Part shown: one piece after another, positions 1 through 13,300 of the stretch | How the letters are laid out: every line of letters starts with the position of its first letter | How positions within the stretch are numbered: position 1 is the first letter of the stretch | Translations under genes and position numbers: made by a program | The notes under the pieces: generated by a model | Database searches by the model: none | What the model was told of the DNA's origin: nothing | Seen by the model: only the letters and a program-made list of their open reading frames with translations | Origin: Tubulanus polymorphus | Lineage: Eukaryota > Animalia > Nemertea | DNA: 64,000 nt | Reading direction: 5' to 3' | Assembly: GCF_964204645.1 (NCBI RefSeq) | Contig: NC_134029.1 | Span: forward strand, 11,062,850-11,126,849

Positions 1-1089
1 TTTGGTTTTATCGCCCGCGACAATTCATTTTTTGGATTTGTCGCCCGTGAATATTCAATATTCTGGTTTTATCGCCCGCGACAATTCATTATTTTGGTTT
101 TATCGCCCGCGACAATTTTTTTTTCTTTTTGTCGCGGTTTATCGCCTGCGACACTTCAATATTTTGGTTTATCGCCTGCGACAATTCATTATTTTGGTTT
201 TATCGCCTGCGACAATTCATTAATTTGGTTTTGTCACCCGCGACAAAACAATATTTTGGTTTTGTCGCCCACGACAATTCATTATTTTGGTTTTATCGCC
301 CGCGACAGTTTTTTTTTCTTTTTGTCGCGGTTTTATCGCCTGCGACACTTCAATATTTTGGTTTTATCGCCTGCGACAATTCATTATTTTGGTTTTATCG
401 CCCGCGACAATTCATTATTTTGGTTTTATCGCCCGCGACAATTCATTATTTTGGTTTTGTCGCACGCGACAATGGCGACAATTCAAGATTTTGGTTTTAC
501 CACCCGCGACAATTCATTAGTTTGGTTTTGTCGCCCGCGACAATTGAATATTTTGGTTTTGTCGCCCGCGACAATTCATGATTTTGGTTTTATAGCCAGC
601 GACAATTCATTTTTTTGGTTTTATCGCCTGCGACAATTTATTATTTTGGTTTTATCGCCGCGACAATCCATTAGTTTGGTTTTATCGCCCGCGACAATTC
701 AATATTTTGGTTTTATCGCCCACGACAATTCATTATTTTGGTTTTATATTTTGTTTTTATCGCCCGTGCCAATTCAATATTTTGTTTTTATCGCCCGCGA
801 CAATTCATTATTTTGGTTTTGTCGCCCGCGACAATTCATTATTTTGATTTTCTCGCCCGCGACGATTCAATGTTTTGTTTTTGTCGCCCGAGACGATTCA
901 TTATTTTGGTTTTGTCGCCCATGACAATTCATTATTTTGATTTTGTCGCCTGCAACGATTCATTATTTTGGTTTTATTGCCCGCGACAATTCAATATTTT
1001 TGTTTTATCGCCCGCGACAATTCATTAGTTTGGTTTTGTCGCCCACGACAATTCAATATTTTGGTTTTGTCGCCCGCGACAATTATTTT

Positions 1090-2342
1090 TCAGTCCACTT
1101 GGGACTTTAGTCCCAGCGGGCTATTGCGTTCACTTTTCGTCCGTCCGTCCGTCCATAGACGGAATCCAGTTATTTTGGGAAGTTTTGAAGACGCTTCAAG
1201 GTAATGTCTTGATATTTGGTTTATACATGTATCTACCCTAGACACATCGTCAGCCCAAAAACTGGCCCTGTCAGATTTAAGATGGCCGACTGGCAGCCAT
1301 TGTTGTTTGCCAAAATCAGCACTTTTTAAACATTTTCGAAGTTTTCGTGGGAAATTTTGAAGACGCTTTGATCAATTACCTTGATCTTTCGTTTATATTT
1401 GAATCTACCAAAGGCCCATCAGCATAAGAAAATTGGGTCGATCTGACTCAAGATGGCCGTCCTATGACCTTTTTAGTGCCCAAAAATGTCAATTTTGGCC
1501 AGAATTCTAGGTCACGTAGCTTCCTACTGGTTTGCCATTTCTCATTGCAATTGCTGTTGGGTATTCTTTAGACAGGGATGTTTTATACCTGGGACAGGTA
1601 TTTTTGATCAGCCAATTATGACGCAATTGGCGGCCATCTTGGTGTCATCAGTACTCATTCGTAGGTGGGAAAAAATTTTTCCACATTAAATTGATACCTA
1701 AGCATATTGTGTTACTATATTCAATTGGAAAGTTGCAGCCCATAACGTGTTCTATGATTTTGGTGAGTTTCAAGGTCATTGGTTTTTGTATGTGGCCATC
1801 AGGGGGCGTTGAATAATACAATAACTTAGTATTGCTATATTTGTACCAAGGCATATTTTGTTACCACGATCAATTGCAAAGTTGTAGTTCATGACATCGT
1901 CTATGATTGTGGTGAGTTTTTAAGGACATTAGTTATTCCATATAGTCACCAGGGGGCGTTGAATAGTAGAATGGCTTATGTTTCCTTATTAGATTGGTAC
2001 CTAGGCATATTTTGTTACTATGATCAATTGCAAAGTTGTATTTCATGACATGTACTACGATTGGGGTGAGTTTTAAGGTCATTGGGTTTTGCATATGGTC
2101 ACCAGGGGGCGTTGAATAGTAGAATAACTTAGTATTTCCATATTAAATTGGTAACGAGGCATATTTTGTTATCACAATCGATTACAAAATCATAGCTGCT
2201 CACATGTTCTATGATTGTGGTGGGTTTCAAGGTCATTGGTTTTTGTATATTGTCACTAGAGGGCGTTATGTATTGAAATTGTTAGATAGTTGAGCATTTG
2301 AAACCACTTCCCAAGTGAGCATGGTGTCCCTGGACCCCTAGT
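1090..2342 (+). mobile_element. Non-autonomous Helentron/HINE-type element, copy 1
   Basis: Inserted in a T-run. Subterminal IR CACTTGGGA...TCCCAAGTG, (GTCC)n microsatellite near the 5' end, internal ~120-bp tandem repeats (CACCAGGGGGCGTTGAATAG), and a 3' hairpin followed by CTAGTT. Confidence 0.75.
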
Positions 2343-5300
2343 TTGGTTTTGTCGCCCGCGACAATTCATTATTTTGGTTTTGTCGCTTCGACAATTCAAT
2401 ATTTTGTTTTTGTCGTCCGCGACAATTCATTATTTTGGTGTTATCGCCCGCGACAATTCAATATTTTGGTTTTATCGCCCCCGACAATTCATTATTTTGG
2501 TTTTATCGCCCGCGACAATTCATTATTTTTGTTTTGTCGCCCGTGACAATTCAATATTTCGGTTTTGTCACCCGCGACAATTCATAATTTTGGTTTTGTC
2601 ACCCGTGGTTTTGCCGGAACATTAAGTTTTTTGGTCGAACAGTGTATTAAGGTCGTTTTGGAAATTTACTCGGTCTGGTATATTTTGGATTACTGTGTAT
2701 GTCATTTGTCAGGACATTAAACAGAAGACGACTTAGGATACTACCTTGCGTTGATTTCGGTTACAAGTTTCCGTTCAGAGATAACTGCTGAGCCATTTGG
2801 GCGACCTGTCATTGATACTGTTTCCTAATAGCCTGTTTAGTAATGGCCGATGTTGAGCCTTATCAAATGCGTTGTTGAAATCCACCGTTGAACAGGATTC
2901 TAAGACTGTGCAGAAAACCCGTTATCGCTGCTTTGCAGCTATATTTATTATTATTTTCTTCCACACTATTTTTACCAAAAGAACATAGGCTTTGTTACCT
3001 TACCGCTGTTTCATATACAATCCATATAATATCGTTCAGCTCACTGAGATCTACAAATAGCCCGCGTGTTTTTTCACGAATCATCGTTACAAAAGCGCTG
3101 TCGGGCCGTAAACATCGAAAATTTAGCCCCATTCAATGGGGCGACATGTTTTTCGAGTCGTCATCCCGAAATCAACCCGCAGGCCGACTGTCACTTCGAT
3201 AATCAATTCAAGTATAAATGAACTAATTTATTGCCGCAGACTTCACATTCAGTCGCGGTCTTCAAACAGTGATTTTAACAATAGCCCATTTTCCTCATCA
3301 AATCATACGAATCGACGTGTGTTACTACATCGACGTTCCGGGGATGAGCTGCGAGTTTCTCCTCATCATGAGAATCAAATCGAGTACAAATTAATTTATT
3401 ACTACCAGTGATTTGGCTGCGGGTTTCAAGGAGTTAGTTTAACAATACCTATTTTTCTTTACCGAATTAACCGTGTATTTACAAAGATAAATCTTTAGTG
3501 TACCGGGGAATCGTAGGCCTAAACTAAACAGGCCGAAGAGATATGGCGGAGAAAAGCTGTTATGTCGACGAGGTATCAAAATAAAAGAATATATTACTTT
3601 ATTCGGCCGCGGGCTTCAACCATTTATCAATACTCTATATTTCCTACAGTACATACCGATCATTGTCAAATGCACAAGGTATTTACTAAATACAAGTATA
3701 TAACACACTCCTATCCGTATGCTGGACTCACACTTGACATTCGGAGTAAGCGTTCGCTTTTGGGGAAAGGAGATCGTTCGCTGTGTCGCTTGAAGTGTTT
3801 ATCGAGTTTTACGCGACCTTAAGGCTTTAGTATGGTGGCTGATAAGATAAAAAAACACGAATATGCAAATGAGCGCGACATGACGACAAAACGACAAAAC
3901 TAAAATAACGCGAGAAAACAATGATTTTGGTTTTGTCGCCCGCGAAAATTCAATATTTTGGTTTTATCGCCCACGACAATTCACTACTTTGGTTTTATCG
4001 CCAGCGACAATTCATTATTTTGGTTTTGTCGCCCGCGACAATTCTTCTTTTTGGTTTTGTCGCCCGCGAAAATTCATTATTTTGGTTTTATATTTTGTTT
4101 TTGTCGCTCGCGACAATTTTTTTTTTGTGGTTTTGTCGCCCGCGACAATTCAATATTTTGGTTTTATCGCCCGCGACAATTCAATATTTTGGTTTTATCG
4201 CCCGCGACAATTCATTATTTTGGTTTTGTCGCCCCGACAATTCTTTTTTTCGCTTTTGTGGCCCGCCACAATTCATTAGTTTGGTTTTGTCGCCCGCGAC
4301 AATTCAATATTTTGGTTTTGTCGCCCGCGACATTCGATCGTTCGCTGTGTCGCTTGAAGTGTTTATCGAGTTTTACGCGACCTTAAGGCTTTAGTATGGT
4401 GGCTGATAAGATAAAAAAACACGAATATGCAAATGAGCGCGACATGACGACAAAACGACAAAACTAAAATAACGCAAGAAAACAATGATTTTCGTTTTGT
4501 CGCCTGCGAAAATTCAATATTTTGGTTTTATCGCCCACGACAATTCACTACTTTGGTTTTATCGCCAGCGACAATTCATTATTTTGGTTTTATATTTTGT
4601 TTTTGTCGCCCGCGACAATTTTTTTTTGGTTTTGTCGCCCGCGACAATTCAATATTTTGGTTTTATCGCCCACGACAATTCATTACTTTGGTTTTGTCTC
4701 CAGCGACAATTCATTATTTTGGTTTTGTCGCCCGCGACAATTCTTCTATTTGGTTTTGTCGCTCGCGACAATTCATTATTTTGGTTTTGTCGCCCGCGAC
4801 AATTCTTCTATTTGGTTTTGTCGCTCGCGACAATTCAATATTTTGGTTTTATATTTTGGTTTTATATTTTGTTTTAGTCGCCCGCGACAATTTTTTTTTT
4901 TGGTTTTGTCGCCTGCGACAATTCAATATTTTGGTTTTGTCGCCCACGACAATTCATTATTTTGATTTAATCGCCCGCGACAATTCAATATTTTGGTTTT
5001 ATCGCCCGCGATAATTCATTATTTTGGTTTTATCGCCCGCGACAATTCACCATTTTGGTTTTGTCGCCTGGACAATTCACCATTTTGGTTCTATCGCCCG
5101 CGACAATTCATTATTTTGGTTTTGTCGCCCGCAACAATTCACCATTTTGGTTTTGTCGCCTGGACAATTCACCATTTTGGTTTTGTCGCCCCCACAATTC
5201 TTTTTTTGGTTTTGTCGCCCGAGACAATTCATTATTTTGGTTTTGTCGCCCGCGACGATTCAATATTTTGGTTTTATCGCCAGCGACGATTTATTATTTT

Positions 5301-8300
5301 GGTTTTGTCGCCCGCGACAATTCTTCTTTTTGGTTTTGTCGCCCGCGACAATTCATTATTTTGGTTTTGTCGCCCGCGACAATTCACCATTTTGGTTTTG
5401 TCGCCCGCAACAATTCATTATTTTGGTTTTGTCGCCCCGACAATTCTTTTTTTCGCTTTTGTGGCCCGCCACAATTCATTAGTTTGGTTTTGTCGCCCGC
5501 GACAATTCAATATTTTGGTTTTGTCGCCCGCGACATTCGATCGTTCGCTGTGTCGCTTGAAGTGTTTATCGAGTTTTACGCGACCTTAAGGCTTTAGTAT
5601 GGTGGCTGATAAGATAAAAAAACACGAATATGCAAATGAGCGCGACATGACGACAAAACGACAAAACTAAAATAACGCAAGAAAACAATGATTTTCGTTT
5701 TGTCGCCTGCGAAAATTCAATATTTTGGTTTTATCGCCCACGACAATTCACTACTTTGGTTTTATCGCCAGCGACAATTCATTATTTTGGTTTTATATTT
5801 TGTTTTTGTCGCCCGCGACAATTTTTTTTTGGTTTTGTCGCCCGCGACAATTCAATATTTTGGTTTTATCGCCCACGACAATTCATTACTTTGGTTTTGT
5901 CTCCAGCGACAATTCATTATTTTGGTTTTGTCGCCCGCGACAATTCTTCTATTTGGTTTTGTCGCTCGCGACAATTCATTATTTTGGTTTTGTCGCCCGC
6001 GACAATTCTTCTATTTGGTTTTGTCGCTCGCGACAATTCAATATTTTGGTTTTATATTTTGGTTTTATATTTTGTTTTAGTCGCCCGCGACAATTTTTTT
6101 TTTTGGTTTTGTCGCCTGCGACAATTCAATATTTTGGTTTTGTCGCCCACGACAATTCATTATTTTGATTTAATCGCCCGCGACAATTCAATATTTTGGT
6201 TTTATCGCCCGCGATAATTCATTATTTTGGTTTTATCGCCCGCGACAATTCACCATTTTGGTTTTGTCGCCTGGACAATTCACCATTTTGGTTCTATCGC
6301 CCGCGACAATTCATTATTTTGGTTTTGTCGCCCGCAACAATTCACCATTTTGGTTTTGTCGCCTGGACAATTCACCATTTTGGTTTTGTCGCCCCCACAA
6401 TTCTTTTTTTGGTTTTGTCGCCCGAGACAATTCATTATTTTGGTTTTGTCGCCCGCGACGATTCAATATTTTGGTTTTATCGCCAGCGACGATTTATTAT
6501 TTTGGTTTTGTCGCCCGCGACAATTCTTCTTTTTGGTTTTGTCGCCCGCGACAATTCATTATTTTGGTTTTGTCGCCCGCGACAATTCACCATTTTGGTT
6601 TTGTCGCCCGCAACAATTCATTATTTTGGTTTTATCGCCCGCGACAATTCATTATTTTGGTTTTGTCGCCCTGACAATTCTTTTTTTGGTTTTGTCGCCT
6701 GCGACAATTCATAAGTTTGGTTTTGTCGCCCGCGACAATTCAATATTTTGGTTTTGTCGCCCGCGACAATTCAATATTTTGGTTTTGTCGCCTGCGACAA
6801 TTCATTACTTTGGTTTTATATTTTGTTTGAGTCGCCCGCGACAATTTTTTTTGGTTTTATCGCCCGCGACAATTCATTATTACGGTTTTATCGCCCGCGA
6901 CAATTCATTATTTTGGTTTTGTCGCCCGCGACAATTCACCATTTTGGTTTTGTCGCCCGCGACAATTCATTATTTTGGTTTTATCGCCCGCGACAATTCA
7001 TTATTTTGGTTTTATCGCCCGCGACAATTCATTATTTTGGTTTTGTCGCCCGCGACAATTCATTATTTTGGTTTTATCGCCCGCGACAATTCAATATTTT
7101 GGTTTAATCGCCTGCGATAATTCATTATTTTGGTTTTATCGCTCGCGACAATTCATTATTTTGGTTTTGTCGCCCGAGACAATTCATTATTTTGGTTTTA
7201 TCGCCCGCGACAATTCATTATTTTGGTTTTGTCGCCCGAGACAATTCATTATTTTGGTTTTATCGCGGGCGACAATTCATTATTTTGCTTTTGTCGCCCG
7301 CGACAATTCACCATTTTGGTTTTGTCGCCTGGACAATTCACCATTTTGGTTTTGCCGCCCGCGACAATTCATTATTTTGGTTTTGTCGCCCCGACAATTC
7401 TTTTTTTGGTTTTGTCGCCCGCGACAATTCATTAGTTTGGTTTTGTTGCCCGCGACAATTTGATATTTTGGTTTCATCGCCCTCGACAATTCATTGCTTT
7501 GGTTTTATCTCCAGCGACAATTCATTATTTTTTGGTTTTGTCGCCCGCGACAATTCTTGTTTTTGGTTTTGACGCCCGCGACAATTCATTATTTTGGTTT
7601 TATACTTTGTTTTTGTTGCCCGCGAAAATTTTTTTTTGGTTTTGTCGCCCGCAACAATTCAATATTTTGGTTTTGTCGCCCGCAACAATTCATTATTTTG
7701 GTTTTATCGCCCGCGACAATTCAATATTTTAGTTTTATCGCCCGCGATAATTCATTATTTTGGTTTTGTCGCCCGCAACAATTCACCATTTTGGTTTTGT
7801 CGCCTGGACAATTCACCATTTTGGTTTTGTCGCCCCCACAATTCTTTTTTTGGTTTTGTCGCCCGCGATAATTCATTATTTTGGTTTTGTCGCCCGCGAC
7901 GATTCAATATTTTGGTTTTATCGCCAGCGACGATTTATTATTTTGGTTTTGTCGCCCGCGACAATTCTTCTTTTTGGTTTTGTCGCCCGCGACAATTCAT
8001 TATTTTGGTTTTGTTGCCCGCGACAATTCACCATTTTGGTTTTGTCGCCCGCAACAATTCATTATTTTGGTTTTATCGCCCGCGACAATTCATTATTTTG
8101 GTTTTGTCGCCCTGACAATTCTTTTTTTGGTTTTGTCGCCTGCGACAATTCATAAGTTTGGTTTTGTCGCCCGCGACAATTCAATATTTTGGTTTTGTCG
8201 CCCGCGACAATTCAATATTTTGGTTTTGTCGCCTGCGACAATTCATTACTTTGGTTTTATATTTTGTTTGAGTCGCCCGCGACAATTTTTTTTGGTTTTA

Positions 8301-10045
8301 TCGCCCGCGACAATTCATTATTACGGTTTTATCGCCCGCGACAATTCATTATTTTGGTTTTGTCGCCCGCGACAATTCACCATTTTGGTTTTGTCGCCCG
8401 CGACAATTCATTATTTTGGTTTTATCGCCCGCGACAATTCATTATTTTGGTTTTATCGCCCGCGACAATTCATTATTTTGGTTTTGTCGCCCGCGACAAT
8501 TCATTATTTTGGTTTTATCGCCCGCGACAATTCAATATTTTGGTTTTATCGCCTGCGATAATTCATTATTTTGGTTTTATCGCTCGCGACAATTCATTAT
8601 TTTGGTTTTGTCGCCCGAGACAATTCATTATTTTGGTTTTATCGCCCGCGACAATTCATTATTTTGGTTTTGTCGCCCGAGACAATTCATTATTTTGGTT
8701 TTATCGCGGGCGACAATTCATTATTTTGCTTTTGTCGCCCGCGACAATTCACCATTTTGGTTTTGTCGCCTGGACAATTCACCATTTTGGTTTTGTCGCC
8801 CGCGACAATTCATTATTTTGGTTTTGTCGCCCCGACAATTCTTTTTTTGGTTTTGTCGCCCGCGACAATTCATTAGTTTGGTTTTGTTGCCCGCGACAAT
8901 TTAATATTTTGGTTTCATCGCCCTCGACAATTCATTGCTTTGGTTTTATCTCCAGCGACAATTCATTATTTTTTGGTTTTGTCGCCCGCGACAATTCTTG
9001 TTTTTGGTTTTGACGCCCGCGACAATTCATTATTTTGGTTTTATACTTTGTTTTTGTTGCCCGCGAAAATTTTTTTTTGGTTTTGTCGCCCGCAACAATT
9101 CAATATTTTGGTTTTGTCGCCCGCAACAATTCATTATTTTGGTTTTATCGCCCGCGACAATTCAATATTTTAGTTTTATCGCCCGCGATAATTCATTATT
9201 TTGGTTTTATCGCCCGCGACAATTCAATATTTTGTTTTTATCGTCCGCGACAATTCATTATTTCGGTTATGTCGCTCGAGGCAATTCATTATTTTGGTTT
9301 TATCGTCCGCGACAATTCAATATTTTGGTTTTGTCGCACGAGACAATTCATTATTTTGGTTTTATCGCCCGCGACAATTCATTAGTTTGGTTTTGTCGCC
9401 CGCGACAATTCAATATTTTGGTTTTATCACCCGCGACAATTCATTAGTTTGGTTTTGTCGCCCGCGACAATTCTTTTTCAGTCCACTTGGGACTTTAGTC
9501 CCAGCGGGCTATTGTGTTCACTTTTCGTCCGTCCGTCCGTCCATAGACGGAATCCAGTTTTTTTGGGAAGTTTTGAAGACGCTTCAAGGTCATTGGTTTT
9601 AGTATGTGGCCAATAGGGGGCGTTGAATAATACAATAACTTAGTATTGCTATATTATATTTGTACCAAGGCATATTTTGTTACCATGATCAATTGCAAAG
9701 TTGTAGTTCATGACATCGTCTATGATTGTGGTGAGTTTTTAAGGACATTAGTTATTCCATATAGTCACCAGGGGGCGTTGAATAGTAGAAAAGCTTAGTT
9801 TTTCCTTATTAGATTGGTACCTAGGCATAGTTTGTTACCATGATCCATTGCAAAGTTGTAGATCATGACATCGTCTATGATTGTGGTGAGTTTTTAAGGA
9901 CATTAGTTATTCCATATAGTCACCAGGGGGCGTTGAATAGTAGAATGGCTTAGTATTTCCTTATTAGATTGGTACCTAGGCATATTTTGTTACTATGATC
10001 AATTGCAAAGTTGTATTTCATGACATGTACTACGATTGTGGTGAG

Positions 10046-10301
10046 ATAAATGAAGAAATCCCACACTTCGAATTTGAAATTATACTATCAAATCTATTTT
10101 TACGAAACCACAACGTTTCGGCTGTTGACTAACAGCCATCATCATCATCATCATTCCACCTGATGATGGCTGTTAGTCAACAGCCGAAACGTTGTGGTTT
10201 CGTAATAATAAATTTGATAGTATAATTTCAAATTCGAAGTGTGGGATTTCTTCATTTATCTACAGTTTACACGGATTATAGTGTTTATTCGACAACTAAC
10301 T
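10046..10301 (+). mobile_element. Penelope-like retroelement pLTR remnant forming an inverted repeat
   Basis: Near-perfect ~100-bp IR (10044-10145 vs 10161-10261). Flanked by a near-identical 12-bp duplication GATT(G/A)TGGTGAG, absent from HINE copy 1, and contains a hammerhead core. Confidence 0.7.
10156..10197 (+). ncRNA. Minimal type I hammerhead ribozyme
   Basis: CCAC-CTGATGA-T-GGCTGTT(AGTC)AACAGCC-GAAA-CG-TT-GTGG: CUGAUGA and GAAA cores, 7-bp stem II, palindromic ACGU stem III, CCAC/GUGG stem I. Confidence 0.8.
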
Positions 10302-13300
10302 GATTATGGTGAGTTTTAAGGTCATTGGGTTTTGCATATGGTCACCAGGGGCGTTGAATAGTAGAATAACTTAGTATTTCCATATTAAATTGGTAACGAG
10401 GCATATTTTGTTATCACAATCAATTACAAAATCATAGCTGCTCACATGTTCTATGATTGTGGTGGGTTTCAAGGTCATTGGTTTTTGTATATGGTCACTA
10501 GAGGGCGTTATGTTTTGAAATTGTTAGATTGTTGAGCATTTGAAACCACTTCCCAAGTGAGCATGGTGTCCCTGGACCCCTAGTTTGTTTTTGTCTCCCG
10601 CGACAATTCATTATTCTGGTTTTGTCGCACGCAACAATTCAATATTTTGTTTTTTGTCGTCCGCGACAATTCATCATTATGGTTTTATCGCCGCGACAAT
10701 TCAATATTTTGGTTTTAACACCCGCGACAATTCATTATTGTGGTTTTATCGCCCGCGACAATTCATTATTTTGGTTTTATCGCCCGCGACAATTCATTAT
10801 TTTGGTTTTATCGCCCGCGACAATTCATTATTTTTGTTTTGTCGCCCGTGACAATTCAATATTTTGGTTTTGTCACCCGCGACAATTCATAATTTTGGTT
10901 TTGTCCCCGTGGTTTTGTCGGAACATTAAGTTTTTTGGTCGAACAGTGTGTTAAGGTCGTTTTGGAAATTTACTCGGTCTGATATATTTTGGATTACTGT
11001 GTATGTCATTTGTCAGGACATTAAACAGAAGACGACTTAAGGATACTACCTTGCGTGACTCCACTAGTTAGACCGTCTCATTCCAAGATGAGGCGTTCCG
11101 TTGATTTCGGTTACAAGTTTCCGTTCAGAGATAACTGCTGAGCCATTTTAACGACCTATCATTGATACTGTTTCCTAATAGACTCTTTAGTAATGGCTGA
11201 TGTTGAACCTTATCAAATGCTTTGTTGAAATCCACCGTTGAACAGGATTCTAAGACTGTGCAGAAAACCCGTTATCGCTGCTTTGCAGCTATATTTATTA
11301 TTATTATTTTTTTCCACACATTTTTTGTCAAAAGTACATATCCTTTTTTACATTACCGCTGTTGCCGATACAATCCGTCTGATATCATTCAGCTCAGTTC
11401 GATCTACAAATACTCCGTGCGAATTTTGAAGAATCAACGTTACAAAAGCACTGTCGGGCCGTAAACATCGAAAATTGAGCCCCATTCAAAGAGCCGACAT
11501 GTTTTTCTAAGTCGTCTTTCCGAAATCTACCGCACGTTTCTTGTCACATCGATTATCAATTCAAGCATAAATTAACAAATTTATTACCGAAAGATTGCAC
11601 ATTCTGTCGCGGTTTTTAAAAACTAATTTTAACAGTAACCCATTTTCCTCATCAAATTATATTACTGATACACAGGAAATTTACTACTTTAGATTTTAAA
11701 AGCACTGTCGAGCCGTAAACATCGACAAATCGACGTGTGTCACTACATCGTCGTTCCGGGAATCAGCTGCGAGTTTCTCCTCATTCTGATAATCAAATCG
11801 AGTACAAATTAATTTATTACTACCAGTGATTTGGCTGCGGGCGTCAAGCAGTTAATTTAGCAATGCCTATTTTTCTTTACCAAATTTACCGTGTTTTTAC
11901 TAAGATAAATCATAAGTGTACCGGGGAGTCGTAGGCCTAAACTAAACACGCGGAAGAGATATAGCGGAGAAAAGCTGTTATGTCGACGAGGTATCAAAAT
12001 AAACGAATATATTACTTTATTCGGCCGCGGCCCTCTATATCAATACCATCAATACTCTATATTTCCTACAGTACATACCGATCATTGTCAAATCCACAAG
12101 GTATTTACTAAATACAAGTATATAACACACTCCTATCCGTATGCTGGACTCACACTTGACATTCGGAGTAAGCGTTCGCTGTGGGGGAAAGGAGATCGTT
12201 CGCTGTGTCGCTTGAAGTGTTTATCGAGTTTTACGCGACCTTAAAGCTTTATTATGGTGGCTGGTAAGATAAAAAAACACGAATATGCAAATGAGGGCGA
12301 CATTACGACAAAACTAAAATAACGCAAGAAAACAATGATTTTGATTTTGTCGCCCGCGACAATTCATTATTTTGGTTTTATCGCCCACGACAATTCATCA
12401 CTTTGGTTTCATCGCCAGCGACAATGCATTATTTTGGTTTTGTCGCCCGCGACAATTCATTATTTTGGTTTTATATTTTGTTTTTGTCGCCCGCGACAAT
12501 TTTCTTTTTTGGTTTTATCGCCTGCGACAATTCAATATTTTGGTTTTATCGCCCGCGATAATTCATTATTTTGGTTTTGTCGCGTGAGAAAATTCATTAT
12601 TTTGGTTTTATCGCCCGCGACAATTCATTATTACTGTTTTATCGCCCGCGACAATTCATTATTTTGGTTTTGTCGCTCGCGACAATTCACCATTTTGGTT
12701 TTGTCGCCCGCGACAATTCATTATTTTGGTTTTATTGCCCGCGACAATTCATTATTTTGGTTTTGTCGCCCCGACAATTCTTTTTTTGGTTTTGTCGCCC
12801 GCGACAATTCAATATTTTGGTTTTATCCCCTGCGACAATTCAATATTTTGGTTTTATCGCCCGCGATAATTCATTATTTTGGTTTTGTCGCCCGAGACAA
12901 TTCATTATTTTGGTTTTATCGCCGGCGACAATTCATTATTACGGTTTTATCGCCCGCGACAATTCATTATTTTGGTTTTGTCGCCCGCGAAAATTCACCA
13001 TTTTGGTTTTGTCACCCGCGAAAATTCATTATTTTGGTTTTGTCGCCCGCGACAATTCTTTTTTTTGTTTTGTCGCCAGCGACAATTCATTAGTTTGGTT
13101 TTGTCGCCCGCGACAATTCAATATTTTGGTTTTGTCACCCGCGACAATTCAATATTTTGGTTTTATCGCCCACGACAATTCATTACTTTGGTTTTGTCGC
13201 CCGCGACAATTCTTCTTTTTGGTTTTGTCGCCCGCGACAATTCATTATTTTGGTTTTATATTTTGTTTTAGTCGCCCGCGACAATTTTTTTTTGGTTTTG

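Larger units (their letters stand above)
9478..10584 (+). mobile_element. Non-autonomous Helentron/HINE-type element, copy 2 (internal deletion, Penelope-type insertion)
   Basis: Same termini as 1090-2342. Lacks the segment lying between two TTCAAGGT motifs of copy 1 and carries an extra insert at 10046-10301. Confidence 0.75.
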
